64,000 nucleotides of DNA from positions 4,000-67,999 of the forward strand of contig JACNJE010000080.1 of the NCBI GenBank assembly GCA_014382705.1, written 5' to 3'. Positions 51,155-61,877 of the stretch are shown in pieces. The first letter of the stretch is position 1, and each line of letters starts with the position of its first letter. The translations under genes were made by a program, and so were the position numbers. The notes beneath the pieces were generated by a model. The model searched no databases. It was not told the DNA's origin and was given only the letters and a program-made list of their open reading frames with translations. This DNA comes from Verrucomicrobiota bacterium (GTDB lineage Bacteria > Verrucomicrobiota > Verrucomicrobiia > Limisphaerales > UBA1096).

Positions 51155-51297
51155 GGCGGGTCGGCTCGGGCCGTTGCCGCAGTTTTCCCCCGAAAACCAG
51201 CCGCAATCAAGCCACGGGACCCGCCAAGCGCGGGGTCGGCAGTGGGTAAACGCTAATTGCCTTTCCCGGATTCGGAGCCTCGATTAACCTCCCGCGC

Positions 51298-53076
51298 GTG
51301 CTGGAACGGCGCAAAACCGGCGAGAAGATGCTGCGTGGCATTCCCGTGTCGCAAGGGGTGAGCCGCGGCCGTGTCGTGGTGCTGAACCGCACGCGCATTG
51401 ACCCGGCCAAGTCGGTCATCTTCAAGTCCGACCTGAGCGCGGAAGAGGACCGGCTCGAGGCCGCGCTGGCGGAAACGCGCCAGCAAATCGTCGCGATGCA
51501 GTCGCGGCTGCGCGATGCGATGGGCGCCAAGGAGGCGCTGATTTTCGACTCCCACCTGCTCGTGCTGGAGGACCCGATGCTGCTCGAGGAGGTGTCGCGC
51601 TTCATCCGGGAGGACCTAGTCTCGGCCGAGTTTGCATTTCATTCGGCCTCGGAAAAGTACGCCGACGCCCTGGCCAAGGTGGAGGACGCCTACCTGAGCG
51701 AGCGTGCCGCCGACATCCGCGACGTGACACAGCGAGTGCTGGCCAACCTCATGGGCCGGCCGACCTGCGCCGGCCTCGTTAACCTGACCGAGCCGTGCAT
51801 CGTCGTGGCTCACGACCTAACGCCCTCCGACACGGCAACGATGGATCCGGCGAAGGTGCTCGGGTTCATTACCGAGGTCGGCAGCCGCACGTCGCACACC
51901 GCCATCCTCGCGCGGTCACTGCGCATCCCGGCGGTGCTCGGACTGGGCGGGGCGATCGGCGAGTTGCAAAGCGGCCTGTCCGTGCTGATCGACGGCTTCA
52001 ACGGCTTTGTCGTCATCGACCCGGCGGAGCAGACGCTCTTCGAGTACGGCCAACTCGTCGAGCGGCAGGCCTCAATCGAGGAGAGCCTCGAGATCATCCA
52101 CGACGACGCGGCGGAAACGAAGGACGGCCACCGGATCATCCTCTCCGCCAACATTGAGCGGGCGGCCGATGTCGAGAGTGTCCTGCAAAGCGGCGCGACC
52201 GGCGTCGGGCTGTTTCGCACCGAGTTCCTGTTCATCAACCGCAGCGACCTGCCGGACGAGGAGGAACAGTTCGCCGCCTACCGGCGAGTGACCGAGTCGC
52301 TCGCGCCGGCCCCGGTGATCATCCGCACGCTCGATCTCGGCGGCGACAAGCTGCTCTCGCACGTCAACGTGGCCGAGGAGATGAACCCGTTCCTCGGCTG
52401 GCGCGCCATCCGGCTCTGCCTCGAGGAGAAGGATTTGTTCCGCACGCAGCTCCGCGCCATCCTGCGGGCCAGCGCCTTTGGCGACCTGAAAATCATGTAC
52501 CCGATGGTCTCCGGCGTGGAGGAACTCGAGGCCGCCAACGTGCTGCTCGACGAATGCCGCGACCAACTCCGCGCCGCCGGCACGGCCTTCGCCGACACGA
52601 TCGAGATCGGGGTGATGATCGAGACGCCGTCTGCGGCGATGATCGCCGACAGCCTTGCGCGGCGCGTGCAGTTTTTCAGCATCGGCACCAACGACCTCAT
52701 TCAGTACGCGTTGGCCGTGGATCGGTTGAACGAGAAGATCGCTCATCTTTACGAGCCGACGCACCCCGGCATCCTGCGCCTGATTCAGGCCACGGTGGAC
52801 GCCGGCCAGGCACACGGCATCTGGACCGGGGTCTGCGGCGAGATGGCTGGCGATCTGGCCGCCGTGCCGCTGCTGCTGGGGCTGGGCGTGGCCGAGTTGA
52901 GCGTGACGCCGTCGATGGTGCCGCGCGTGAAGATGCTCATCCGCAGCATCGAGATGGCGCAGGCACGGGAGCTGGCGGCCTTCGCGCTGGACAGCGATTC
53001 GCCGAAGGAAATCCTCGCCCGCGCCGAGGCCTTGGCCAAGGCGGCCGTGCCGGATTTTTTCGAAGGGACGGCGTAA
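51298..53076 (+). CDS. ptsI: PEP-protein phosphotransferase (PTS enzyme I)
   Basis: TSHTAILAR phospho-His, GVGLFRTEF, RTLDLGGDK, NPFLGWRAIR, SIGTNDLIQY, CGEMAG. Confidence 0.95.
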   Translation: MLERRKTGEKMLRGIPVSQGVSRGRVVVLNRTRIDPAKSVIFKSDLSAEEDRLEAALAETRQQIVAMQSRLRDAMGAKEALIFDSHLLVLEDPMLLEEVSRFIREDLVSAEFAFHSASEKYADALAKVEDAYLSERAADIRDVTQRVLANLMGRPTCAGLVNLTEPCIVVAHDLTPSDTATMDPAKVLGFITEVGSRTSHTAILARSLRIPAVLGLGGAIGELQSGLSVLIDGFNGFVVIDPAEQTLFEYGQLVERQASIEESLEIIHDDAAETKDGHRIILSANIERAADVESVLQSGATGVGLFRTEFLFINRSDLPDEEEQFAAYRRVTESLAPAPVIIRTLDLGGDKLLSHVNVAEEMNPFLGWRAIRLCLEEKDLFRTQLRAILRASAFGDLKIMYPMVSGVEELEAANVLLDECRDQLRAAGTAFADTIEIGVMIETPSAAMIADSLARRVQFFSIGTNDLIQYALAVDRLNEKIAHLYEPTHPGILRLIQATVDAGQAHGIWTGVCGEMAGDLAAVPLLLGLGVAELSVTPSMVPRVKMLIRSIEMAQARELAAFALDSDSPKEILARAEALAKAAVPDFFEGTA

Positions 53077-53112
53077 CAACGGCCCATTCATTCTCGCGGA
53101 CCGTCTTGAATT

Positions 53113-53153
53113 CCTTCTCCCTCAGGGAGAAGGTGGCCGCAGGCCGGATGAGG
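53113..53153. repeat. REP-like intergenic hairpin element
   Basis: ccttctccc-tca-gggagaagg perfect stem followed by tggccgcaggccggatgagg. Confidence 0.65.
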
Positions 53154-53273
53154 TTGAAAGCTCCGGGATGTTTTTTCTGCTGCGCTCGTTGATTGATATC
53201 CAGATTAATTTGTTTTAAATCGTTCATCGACTTGAAACTTGAATCTAAAAACTTAAAACTCCCCACACGGGAA

Positions 53274-54677
53274 GTGAACCAAACCTCATCGATCAACAAC
53301 GCACGCTCCATCCATTTCGTCGGCATCTGTGGCACCGCCATGGCCTCCGTCGCGGCGGCGTTGAAGGAACGCGGTGCGGCGGTCACCGGCTCGGATGAAG
53401 GTATCTACCCGCCGATGTCCACCTTTCTCGCGGAGCGCGGCATCGAGGTCCGGCCGCTCGACGAGGCCAACCTCGCGCACCGGCCGGATCTGGTCGTCAT
53501 CGGCAACGCCATCTCACGCGGCAACCCGGAGGCGGAGTGCGTGCTTGAGCAGAAGCTCAATTACTGCTCGCTGCCGGAGCTGCTCAAGCACCGGTTCCTG
53601 CACGGCAAACGATCGCTCGTCGTCACCGGCACACACGGCAAGACAACCACCGCGTCGCTGCTGGCGTGGCTGCTGGAGCACAACGACCTCAATCCAAGTT
53701 TCCTCATCGGCGGCATCCCGAACAACCTTGGCCAAGGCGCGCGCTTCACCGAGAGCGACTGGTTCGTGATCGAGGGCGACGAATACGACACGGCCTTTTT
53801 TGACAAGCGCAGCAAGTTTGTCCATTACCTCCCCGAGGCGGTTGTCATCAACAACCTCGAGTTTGACCACGCTGACATCTTCGGCAGCCTCGCCGACATC
53901 CAGACTGCGTTCCGGCGGCTCATCAACATCGTCCCGCGCAACGGCCTGCTCTTGGCCAACGGCGACGACGCCCACCTCGAGCCACTGCTCGGCATCGACC
54001 ACTGCCCCGTGCGCCGCTTCGGCCTGGGCGGCGATTGCGACAACTTGGCCGGCGACCTGACCCACAGCGAAAGCGGCTCCGGGTTCCGGCTCGGCGGCAC
54101 GGCCTTCCGCCTCCCAATGATCGGCGAACTCAATGTCCGCAACGCCCTGGCCGCACTGTTGCTCGCGCGCTACGCCGGGCTCAGCGACGGGCAGATTCAG
54201 TCCGGCTTCGACACCTTCGAGGGCATCCGGCGCCGGATGGAAATTCGCGGCAAACAGAACGGCGTCACGGTTATCGACGACTTTGCCCACCACCCGACCG
54301 CCATCCGCGAGACGCTCAAGGCGCTTGGCCAGCGGTATCCCGGCCGGCGCGTCTGGGCGATTTTTGAGCCGCGCAGCAACACCACGCGGCGCAACCATTT
54401 CCAGGCCGAGCTCGCCGACGCCCTGCGCTTGGCCAAGCGCGTCGTCGTGGCCGAGGTCGCGAAAGCCGGACAAATCCCCGCCGAAGAGCGCCTCGACCCG
54501 GCGCGGCTGATGGAGGATATCCGCGCCACCGGGGCCGATGCCGTCACCCTCCCCACCGCCGACGCGATCGTGGATCATGTCGCCAACGAGGCGGCGGAAG
54601 GCGACATCCTCTGCGTCCTCAGCAACGGCGGCTTCGGCAACATCCACCAAAAACTGCTCGACGCCCTCGGCCGGTGA
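53274..54677 (+). CDS. mpl: UDP-MurNAc:L-Ala-gamma-D-Glu-mDAP ligase (murein peptide ligase)
   Basis: IHFVGICGTAM, GTHGKTTT, EGDEYDTAFFDKRSKF, NLEFDHADIF, DDFAHHPTAI, FEPRSNT. Confidence 0.92.
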   Translation: MNQTSSINNARSIHFVGICGTAMASVAAALKERGAAVTGSDEGIYPPMSTFLAERGIEVRPLDEANLAHRPDLVVIGNAISRGNPEAECVLEQKLNYCSLPELLKHRFLHGKRSLVVTGTHGKTTTASLLAWLLEHNDLNPSFLIGGIPNNLGQGARFTESDWFVIEGDEYDTAFFDKRSKFVHYLPEAVVINNLEFDHADIFGSLADIQTAFRRLINIVPRNGLLLANGDDAHLEPLLGIDHCPVRRFGLGGDCDNLAGDLTHSESGSGFRLGGTAFRLPMIGELNVRNALAALLLARYAGLSDGQIQSGFDTFEGIRRRMEIRGKQNGVTVIDDFAHHPTAIRETLKALGQRYPGRRVWAIFEPRSNTTRRNHFQAELADALRLAKRVVVAEVAKAGQIPAEERLDPARLMEDIRATGADAVTLPTADAIVDHVANEAAEGDILCVLSNGGFGNIHQKLLDALGR

Positions 54678-54689
54678 CTGCGGCCTGTT

Positions 54690-55538
54690 TTATCGGCGGC
54701 GGATGCGAAACTTCGTGTATTGTGAACTGGGCCGGTAGTAGGTGGGAACCCGATAACCCGGAACCGACACCTGCCGGGTGAAGATCGTCTGCGGCCGGGT
54801 GCGAATGCTGCGGTTGATGGCCTTCACCGTCGATTTCTCCAGCAGCGAATACCGGTTCGTGTGCTGTTTCTGTTTCTGCGCCGCCTTGTAGTACGGTTCG
54901 CGGCTACCCATGAACACCTTGCCCTTCGGCGGAGCGGTGATGACCGTCGGCTTGCCTGCGACCGGCTGTGGTGGCGACTGCGGCTTGGCCGTCGCGGTCC
55001 GGAACGTGTCGCCGGTCAGGCTTAACGACAGCGGCACGCCGCCCGCCTCGATCCGCACCCGCCCTGCGGCGGCATCGACCGAGACCAACCGCAGCGACCC
55101 GCCGTCGTCCCCCTCAACCAGCGTGAAGTGGGCGGTGCGTGCCGGCTCGGCAGTGTGATCCACCTTGGCCACACAAACCCGGTACGTGCCGCGCAGCCGG
55201 TAAATGCCGGTCAGCTTGTAGTCGATGCCCTCCGGCAGCGACGGCGGCCCGGCCACCTCGTAGGTCTCCACGCGGAACGCCACGCCGTCGGACTTGCCGG
55301 GGTACGACACCGTCGCCTCGCGGCCATTGCCCTCGATCACTTGGCCAAGTGGCTGCCAGTCGCCTTCGCCGGTCTTGCTGAAAACCTGATAGGCCAGGCC
55401 GCTTTCGGTCTCGAACTCGAGCTGCACCGACTCGCGCTTGGCCAGCGGCACGGCATCGGCCTGGGGCTCCGAAACCGACTCCGCTGAACCCGTCAACATC
55501 CCGAAACTCACGATGAACCCGGCGGCCATGGCTTTCAT
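54690..55538 (-). CDS. Hypothetical secreted protein
   Basis: Signal-like N-terminus from ATG 55538; LEFETESGLAYQV...WQPLGQVIEGNG module; basic C-terminus. Confidence 0.6.
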   Translation of the reverse strand: MKAMAAGFIVSFGMLTGSAESVSEPQADAVPLAKRESVQLEFETESGLAYQVFSKTGEGDWQPLGQVIEGNGREATVSYPGKSDGVAFRVETYEVAGPPSLPEGIDYKLTGIYRLRGTYRVCVAKVDHTAEPARTAHFTLVEGDDGGSLRLVSVDAAAGRVRIEAGGVPLSLSLTGDTFRTATAKPQSPPQPVAGKPTVITAPPKGKVFMGSREPYYKAAQKQKQHTNRYSLLEKSTVKAINRSIRTRPQTIFTRQVSVPGYRVPTYYRPSSQYTKFRIRRR

Positions 55539-55628
55539 GAGTCCGAGGCTAGTCCCGGCCGCCCGGCGGCGCAAGCCTTGTCCATTGCCAACGGCAGGGG
55601 CCGCGCCTAGACTCGGCGCGGCCTTGGC

Positions 55629-56615
55629 ATGAATGTATCCGGCTCCACCATCCTGATCACCGGCGGCACCGGCTCCTTCGGGAACCGCGTCGCCGCACAC
55701 CTGCTCAAGCAATCCCCCGCCGGGATTCGCATCTTCAGCCGCGACGAAAAGAAGCAGTGGGAGATGCAGCAGGCGTATCCCCAGTTTCAATACCTCGTCG
55801 GTGACGTGCGCGACGAAGCACGCCTCGGCGAGGCCATGGACGGTGTCGATCTCGTCTTCCACGCCGCCGCGCTCAAGCACGTGCCGTCGTGCGAAAAATT
55901 TCCGTACGAAGCCTACAAGACCAACGTCACCGGCTCGCACAATGCCTGCCGTGCCGCCAAGGCCGCCGGCGTGAAAACGTTCGTCGCCCTCAGCACCGAC
56001 AAGGCCGTCAAGCCGCTCAACGCCATGGGCACCAGCAAGGCGATGATGGAGAAACTCGTCTGCAGCCAAAACCAGGACGGCGGCGACACCCAGTTCTGCT
56101 GCGTGCGTTACGGCAACGTGATGGGCAGCCGCGGCTCGGTCATCCCGCTGTTCAAGCGGCAGATTGAAAACGACAAGCCGATCACCATCACGGTGCCGGA
56201 GATGACGCGTTTCCTCATGACACTCGACCAGTCGGTCGGCCTCGTGCTGCACGCGATGCAGCATGCGACCGGCGGCGAGATCTTCGTCCGCAAGGCCCCA
56301 GCCTGCACCATCGGGAAACTCGCCGAGGCCGTCTGCCAGAAGTTCAGTCCAAAAGGGGCCGGTCATCCGATCGACGTCACCGGCATCCGCCCCGGCGAAA
56401 AACTGCACGAGACGCTCGTCAATGAATACGAGATGCAGCGCGTCACCGAGGAGGAACTGTTCTACGCCATCCACCCAGAATACCACGTGCCGGAACACCG
56501 CAGCGAACAACCGCTCGGCACCGAGTACACCTCCGCCAACACGCAGCAACTTGAGTCCGCCGCCGACATCGAGCCGCTGCTCGACAAAATGGGCGAGGTC
56601 GAGCTGTACATTTGA
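55629..56615 (+). CDS. UDP-GlcNAc 4,6-dehydratase (FnlA/CapE/PseB-like, Polysacc_synt_2)
   Basis: ITGGTGSFG, FSRDEKKQ, HAAALKHVP, LSTDKAV, RYGNVMGSRGSVIP, RPGEKLHE. Confidence 0.92.
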   Translation: MNVSGSTILITGGTGSFGNRVAAHLLKQSPAGIRIFSRDEKKQWEMQQAYPQFQYLVGDVRDEARLGEAMDGVDLVFHAAALKHVPSCEKFPYEAYKTNVTGSHNACRAAKAAGVKTFVALSTDKAVKPLNAMGTSKAMMEKLVCSQNQDGGDTQFCCVRYGNVMGSRGSVIPLFKRQIENDKPITITVPEMTRFLMTLDQSVGLVLHAMQHATGGEIFVRKAPACTIGKLAEAVCQKFSPKGAGHPIDVTGIRPGEKLHETLVNEYEMQRVTEEELFYAIHPEYHVPEHRSEQPLGTEYTSANTQQLESAADIEPLLDKMGEVELYI

Positions 56616-56631
56616 CCCGCTTGGCCCACGC

Positions 56632-57297
56632 ATGCCGAACCCGCTCCGACAACTGCTGCGCCCTCGTTCCGCCGCAGATTACACCGCGCAACTCATTGCC
56701 ACTGGAGAGGTTAAGACTGCGCTCGACATCGGCTGTGGCACCCGCTCCCCCCTTAGCCCATTCCGTCCCGGCGTGCAGACCACCGGCCTCGACGCCCACG
56801 CCGACGCCGTTAACCTGGCCCGAGCGCGCGGCGTCCACGACCGCTACATTCACGCTGACATCCTGACTGACGACCTCGACGAACAGTTCGACCTCGTCAC
56901 CCTGTTCGGCCTCATCGAGCACCTGCCGAAGGCCAAGGGAGTCGAGTTGCTCGACCGCGTCGAACAGTTTTCAGCCAAATATATTTTGATCGAGACTCCG
57001 AACGGCTTCGTGCCGCAGGGGCCGGAGTTCGGCAACGCGTTTCAGCGGCACCGCTCCGGCTGGTTCATCCACGAGTTCGAGGGGCGCGGCTACACCGTCC
57101 ACGGCACCACCGGTACGCGCCATCTGCGCGGCTACATGGCCGGGCCAAGGTGTAACTTCCCCGGCTGCCTGCTGCTCGACGAGTTACTCACGCTGCTGCT
57201 CCGCATCAACCGTAATCCAAGACACGCATTCAACCTCGTCGCCGTGAAGGATGTTCGCGGCGTCCCGGCACGACACAAAAAGGAGGCCCAGCCTTGA
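56632..57297 (+). CDS. Class I SAM-dependent methyltransferase
   Basis: LDIGCG, FDLV...IEHL, ETPNGF, HRSGW. Confidence 0.85.
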   Translation: MPNPLRQLLRPRSAADYTAQLIATGEVKTALDIGCGTRSPLSPFRPGVQTTGLDAHADAVNLARARGVHDRYIHADILTDDLDEQFDLVTLFGLIEHLPKAKGVELLDRVEQFSAKYILIETPNGFVPQGPEFGNAFQRHRSGWFIHEFEGRGYTVHGTTGTRHLRGYMAGPRCNFPGCLLLDELLTLLLRINRNPRHAFNLVAVKDVRGVPARHKKEAQP

Positions 57298-58148
57298 GGC
57301 TGCTCATCCTCGGCGGCAGCGGCATGTTGGGCCACCAACTTTGGCGCGGACTCCAAGCACGACACGAAACCTGGGTGACACTGCGCCGGCCGGTCACCGA
57401 CTTCGCCGCGCACAATCTGTTCGACGCAGCCCAGTCGATCCAAGTCGATGACATCACCGACGACACCGCGCTTGGCCGAGCGCTTGGCCAAGCGAAGCCG
57501 GAGGCGGTCATCAACTGCGTCGGCCTGATCAAGCAACGCGACCAAGCCAGAAACGAGGCACTTACCCGCCGCGTCAACGCTGAATTTCCGCACCGCTTGG
57601 CCAAGCGTTGCGGCGAGGTCGGCGCGCGCCTGATCCACTTCAGCACCGACTGCGTCTTCGCCGGCACCAAGGGCAATTACACCGAAGCCGACACGCCCGA
57701 CGCCACCGACCGTTACGGGCAATCGAAGCTTCAGGGCGAAGTCGACGACGCCAAACACGTCACCCTACGCACCTCGGTCATCGGCCACGAACTCGGCACC
57801 CACCTCGCTTTGTTGGATTGGTTTTTGAGCCAACGAGAAAAAACAGTAAGTGGCTTTACCCAAGCTATTTACAGCGGTTTCACCACCGTCGAAATGGCCC
57901 GGGTCGTCGAGCGAATTCTGACCCAGCACAGTGATCTTTCCGGTGTGTGGCACGTCGCCAGCAAGCCAATTTCCAAGTTCGATCTGCTGCAACTTTGTCA
58001 GGAAAAATTGGGATGGGAAGGGGTCATCGAGCCGGACTACACATTCGTCTGCGACCGCAGCCTAAACGCCGATCGCTTCAACCAAGCCACCGGTTACACG
58101 CCACCCAGTTGGGAGGCGATGATCAGCGAACTCGCGACACAATCATGA
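57294..58148 (+). CDS. RmlD-like NDP-4-keto-6-deoxy sugar reductase (SDR)
   Basis: LILGGSGMLG, INCVG, HFSTDCVF, YGQSK, LRTSVIG. Confidence 0.9.
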   Translation: MRLLILGGSGMLGHQLWRGLQARHETWVTLRRPVTDFAAHNLFDAAQSIQVDDITDDTALGRALGQAKPEAVINCVGLIKQRDQARNEALTRRVNAEFPHRLAKRCGEVGARLIHFSTDCVFAGTKGNYTEADTPDATDRYGQSKLQGEVDDAKHVTLRTSVIGHELGTHLALLDWFLSQREKTVSGFTQAIYSGFTTVEMARVVERILTQHSDLSGVWHVASKPISKFDLLQLCQEKLGWEGVIEPDYTFVCDRSLNADRFNQATGYTPPSWEAMISELATQS

Positions 58149-59110
58149 GCGATCGAGCGCGCATCATCTCGGTCATCCCGGTGTACAACGGGGAGCGCTT
58201 CATCCGCGCCACGCTCGACTCGGTCGCCGCGCAGACACTTCGCCCCGACCGCGTAATCGTCCTCGACGACGCCTCGACCGATGACACCGCACAACTCGTC
58301 GAGACGTACGAGGCGCTCACTTGCGAGTTGATCCGAGGTGAAAAAAACGAGGGACTGTTTTGCAATTTCAACAAGGCACTCGGCTACGCGGAGGAGTGCG
58401 ATTTCCTGCACTACCTCTGCGCCGATGACGTGCTGCTGCCAGGCTTCATGGAGCGCATGATCGACGCGCTCGCCGACGCGCCTGCGCCGTCGTTCAGCTA
58501 CTGTCTTCCGGAGTTCATCGACAAGGACGGCAAACGCCTCGAGAGTCCGAAGCCGAAACGATCGCAACCCCGCGCCGTCTCCGCCAACGCACTGCTCGCG
58601 CAGCACAGTGAATGCGACTCGCTCATGCTCGGCGGGATCGTGCTCAAGTCGCTTGGCCAAGCGTGCCCCGTGGCGTTTCGCACCGACATGCCGCACGCGG
58701 CTGATTGCGTTTTTTATTCCGACTTGACCAAGGCGTGCGAACAGCGCGTCGCCGTGCCGGAGGTGCTGCTGCAGGTTCGCCGGCACCCGTTCAGCATGAC
58801 CAAGCGCAACGAGGAAAACATCCAAAGCTGGGTGCTCGACGAGTGGGAGGCGATCCAGCATGCGTTCGACTTGATGGAGCAGCCGTGTTTGACACGATGG
58901 CTGCGGCGGCAAAAATTGCGCTGCCTGTTCGCCGCGCGCTCCCGTGTCAAGATGCAGCAGATGGCCGGGGAAAAGCCGGATCACGTCCGGCGCATTTACG
59001 AGTCGGCCCGGCCCAAGGTGCCGTGGTTGCATTGGCAACTCGGGGGCGTCACCGTTTCTTTACGCGACCTCTTTTTCGGCTCGTCGCTCAACAGGGAGCA
59101 GTGGCAGTAG
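58145..59110 (+). CDS. Glycosyltransferase family 2
   Basis: SVIPVYNGERFI, LDDASTD, LCADD. Confidence 0.9.
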   Translation: MSDRARIISVIPVYNGERFIRATLDSVAAQTLRPDRVIVLDDASTDDTAQLVETYEALTCELIRGEKNEGLFCNFNKALGYAEECDFLHYLCADDVLLPGFMERMIDALADAPAPSFSYCLPEFIDKDGKRLESPKPKRSQPRAVSANALLAQHSECDSLMLGGIVLKSLGQACPVAFRTDMPHAADCVFYSDLTKACEQRVAVPEVLLQVRRHPFSMTKRNEENIQSWVLDEWEAIQHAFDLMEQPCLTRWLRRQKLRCLFAARSRVKMQQMAGEKPDHVRRIYESARPKVPWLHWQLGGVTVSLRDLFFGSSLNREQWQ

Positions 59111-59117
59111 CACCGAA

Positions 59118-61877
59118 ATGAATTACCCGTTTCTCTCAACCGACCGTTCGACCGGCTGGCTTAAACCATTCGGCGGCACAGCATTAGCGCTGCTCATCGT
59201 CACGTTGTTTTTATTTTGGGACAGCCTCGATCCGGCGCTGATTCTGTTCTCGAACGACGGCCCGCTTGGCTCGATCAGCACCGACGCGATCGAGATGCCC
59301 GGCACGTTTTCCGGCTACTGGCACGACCTGAATTGGCTCGGCTACGAGCAGCCCAGCGCCTCGCCCGGCATTTACATGGCGCTTGGCCTGTTGCTGCAAA
59401 AATCAGTGCTGTACCTCAAATGGTGCACGCCGATCTGCCTGGTTATCCTTGGGCTGTCCGCCTGGTTTTTCTTTCGCACTCTCGGCTTCCGAAATCTCGC
59501 CTGCACGGTTGGCGCCGTTGCGGCCGCGTTCAACATGGAGGTCGTCTCGTATGCCTGCTGGGGGCTGCCGTCTCGGGCGCTCACGTTTGCCACCACGTTT
59601 CTCGCCGCGGCGTTCGTCCTGCGCGCGCTCAAGTCGCGGCCGTGGGCGAACCTCGCGCTGGCCGGCATCTGCATCGGGCTTGGCCTGATGGAAGGTTACG
59701 ACATCGGCGCGCTGTTCAGCCTTTACATTGCGGCGTTCGTGCTGTTCGGGTTCGTTATCAAGTCGATACCGCTTGGGCGAGCGGCGGGGCGAGGGTTCGC
59801 CGGGATCGCGGTGGTGGCAATTGTTGCCGGCTTGGCCGCCTCGCAAACGCTGTCCACCCTCGTCGGCACCCAACTCCAAGGCGCAAGCAGTGGCGAACCT
59901 GACGTCCTGCAACCCCCCGCGCAACGTGCCGCGGCGAAGGAGCGGCAATGGACATTCCTCACGCAGTGGAGCCTGCCGAAAATGGAGACGCTGCGCATCG
60001 TGATTCCCGGCCTTTACGGCTACCGACTCGACACACCGCGACCGCACGACCGAAACAAATTTCGCTCGCTTGACGGCGGTAATTATTGGGGCTCGATGGG
60101 ACAGGATCCGGTGCTCGACCGTATCGCCGAGATCGATGAGGTTATCGCCACGCTTGGGCAGAAAAACCCCGTCCCCGGTGAATTGGCCATGGCGATGAAC
60201 ATCCCCGTCCCGGAGGCGGCCCGGCTGCTTAGCCTGAGACAAAACAGACACCAGCTTCAGCAACGCCACTCCGGCTCGGGCGAATACGCCGGGATTGTCG
60301 TCGTGTTGCTCGCTGCTTGGGCACTGTTTTTTACGCTGCAAAAACGGGCAACCCTTTACTCGCCGACCGAGCAGCGGATGATTCTGTTTTGGGCCACACT
60401 GGCGTTGGTGTCGCTGCTTTTGGCCTACGGCCGGCATGCGCTGTTTTACCAACTCATCCATCAACTGCCGTTTTTCAACACGATGCGCAACCCGATTAAG
60501 TTCCTGCACCCCATGCACTTCGGGCTGGTCGTTCTTTGCGGCTACGGCGTTGAGGGGATGCTGCGCTTGGCCAAGCGCGAGGCGGGAGGGACGCGTTCCA
60601 TCTCGTCCCATGTTACGCAGCTGTGGATGCGCGGCTCGGGCATCGTTGCCGGGTTGATGCTGCTCGGCGCGCTGATTTTTGGGGCGTCAAAAAAATCGCT
60701 CGGCCAACACATCGAGTCGCTTGGCTTCGAACGCGCCACCGCGCAGGTGATGGCCGGCTTCAGCGCGATGGAAGTCATCCTGTCCGCGCTGCTGCTCGGA
60801 GCGGGCGTGTTTCTCATCGCAAAAGTGATGCGCGGCGGCGCGGCGGCCAAATGGGCGGTGGCGCTTGGCCTGCTGGTCGTCATCGACCTCACCCGCGCCA
60901 ACTCGCCGTGGGTGCAGTACGACAATTACAAGTACAAGTACGAAGGTAACAACCCGATCATCAGCGCCCTGGCCAAGTCGCCGCACGAGGGGCGCGTTAC
61001 GATCTCTCCCCTGCCCTCTGGACTGCTCAACCAACTTTATCGCATCGAGTGGCTACAGCATCAGTTTCTGTACAACAACATCCAGTCGCTCGACCTTGTG
61101 CAGATGCCGCGCATGGCCGCCGACCATGAATCGTTCGAACGGCGTTTCACGATTACTGGCGACACGAATACGCATTATCTCGCCGGGCGACGTTGGCAAC
61201 TCACCAATACACGCTGGCTGCTCGGCGGCACAAACGACGTCGTGTTTTTCAATCAGCAGTTCGATCCCGGCCATGCTCGCTTCTCGGTGGTCACGAACTT
61301 TGCCGTCGGACTCCGGCCCGGCACAAAAAACCCGAACGCGCCAGGCACGGAGGATTTCACGACGCAATTTCACCCGGCCGCCCCGTATAGCCTGATACGG
61401 TTCGACGGCGCGCTGCCTCGAGCCAAGCTGTACAGTAATTGGCAGGTGCAGCCGAGTGACACGGCCGCGCTCGAGACCTTGGCCAAGCGGGAGTTTGACC
61501 CGCACGCTTCGGTCATCGTCAACTCGCCAATCGAGCCGTCCGCCGCCTCGCTTGGCCAAGCGGCGGGCAGCGTGAGCATCACCGACTATTCGCCAAAGGA
61601 AATCCGGCTCGCCGCCCAAGCCACCGCCGAGTCGGTGCTGCTGCTAAACGACCATTGGTCGGCGCATTGGCGCGCCACGGTCGATGGCCAACCGGCGGAG
61701 TTGCTTCGCTGCAATTACGTGATGCGCGGTGTGCGGCTTTCGCCCGGCAGCCACGAGGTGGTGTTTCGTTTTCAGCCGCCATTGACTTGGCTTTACGTGA
61801 GCTTGGCCTCGCTGCTCGGCGGCTTCGGGCTGCTTGGTTTTGTCATCGTGGACGAGCGAAAAAAACCATCGACATAA
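59118..61877 (+). CDS. YfhO-family polytopic membrane protein (GT-C-like)
   Basis: Many TM helices; C-terminal LLLNDHWS..W.ATVDG...NYVMRGV..G.HEVVFRF. Confidence 0.82.
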   Translation: MNYPFLSTDRSTGWLKPFGGTALALLIVTLFLFWDSLDPALILFSNDGPLGSISTDAIEMPGTFSGYWHDLNWLGYEQPSASPGIYMALGLLLQKSVLYLKWCTPICLVILGLSAWFFFRTLGFRNLACTVGAVAAAFNMEVVSYACWGLPSRALTFATTFLAAAFVLRALKSRPWANLALAGICIGLGLMEGYDIGALFSLYIAAFVLFGFVIKSIPLGRAAGRGFAGIAVVAIVAGLAASQTLSTLVGTQLQGASSGEPDVLQPPAQRAAAKERQWTFLTQWSLPKMETLRIVIPGLYGYRLDTPRPHDRNKFRSLDGGNYWGSMGQDPVLDRIAEIDEVIATLGQKNPVPGELAMAMNIPVPEAARLLSLRQNRHQLQQRHSGSGEYAGIVVVLLAAWALFFTLQKRATLYSPTEQRMILFWATLALVSLLLAYGRHALFYQLIHQLPFFNTMRNPIKFLHPMHFGLVVLCGYGVEGMLRLAKREAGGTRSISSHVTQLWMRGSGIVAGLMLLGALIFGASKKSLGQHIESLGFERATAQVMAGFSAMEVILSALLLGAGVFLIAKVMRGGAAAKWAVALGLLVVIDLTRANSPWVQYDNYKYKYEGNNPIISALAKSPHEGRVTISPLPSGLLNQLYRIEWLQHQFLYNNIQSLDLVQMPRMAADHESFERRFTITGDTNTHYLAGRRWQLTNTRWLLGGTNDVVFFNQQFDPGHARFSVVTNFAVGLRPGTKNPNAPGTEDFTTQFHPAAPYSLIRFDGALPRAKLYSNWQVQPSDTAALETLAKREFDPHASVIVNSPIEPSAASLGQAAGSVSITDYSPKEIRLAAQATAESVLLLNDHWSAHWRATVDGQPAELLRCNYVMRGVRLSPGSHEVVFRFQPPLTWLYVSLASLLGGFGLLGFVIVDERKKPST

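Noticed and set aside
53029-55351. Hairpin/cruciform covariation of palindrome flanks (GCCTTGGCCAAGGC, CACTTGGCCAAGTG)
   Set aside because: Of ~16 copies with left-flank C only 4 have the complementary G. Flanks look like independent half-site preferences, favouring sequence recognition over structure.
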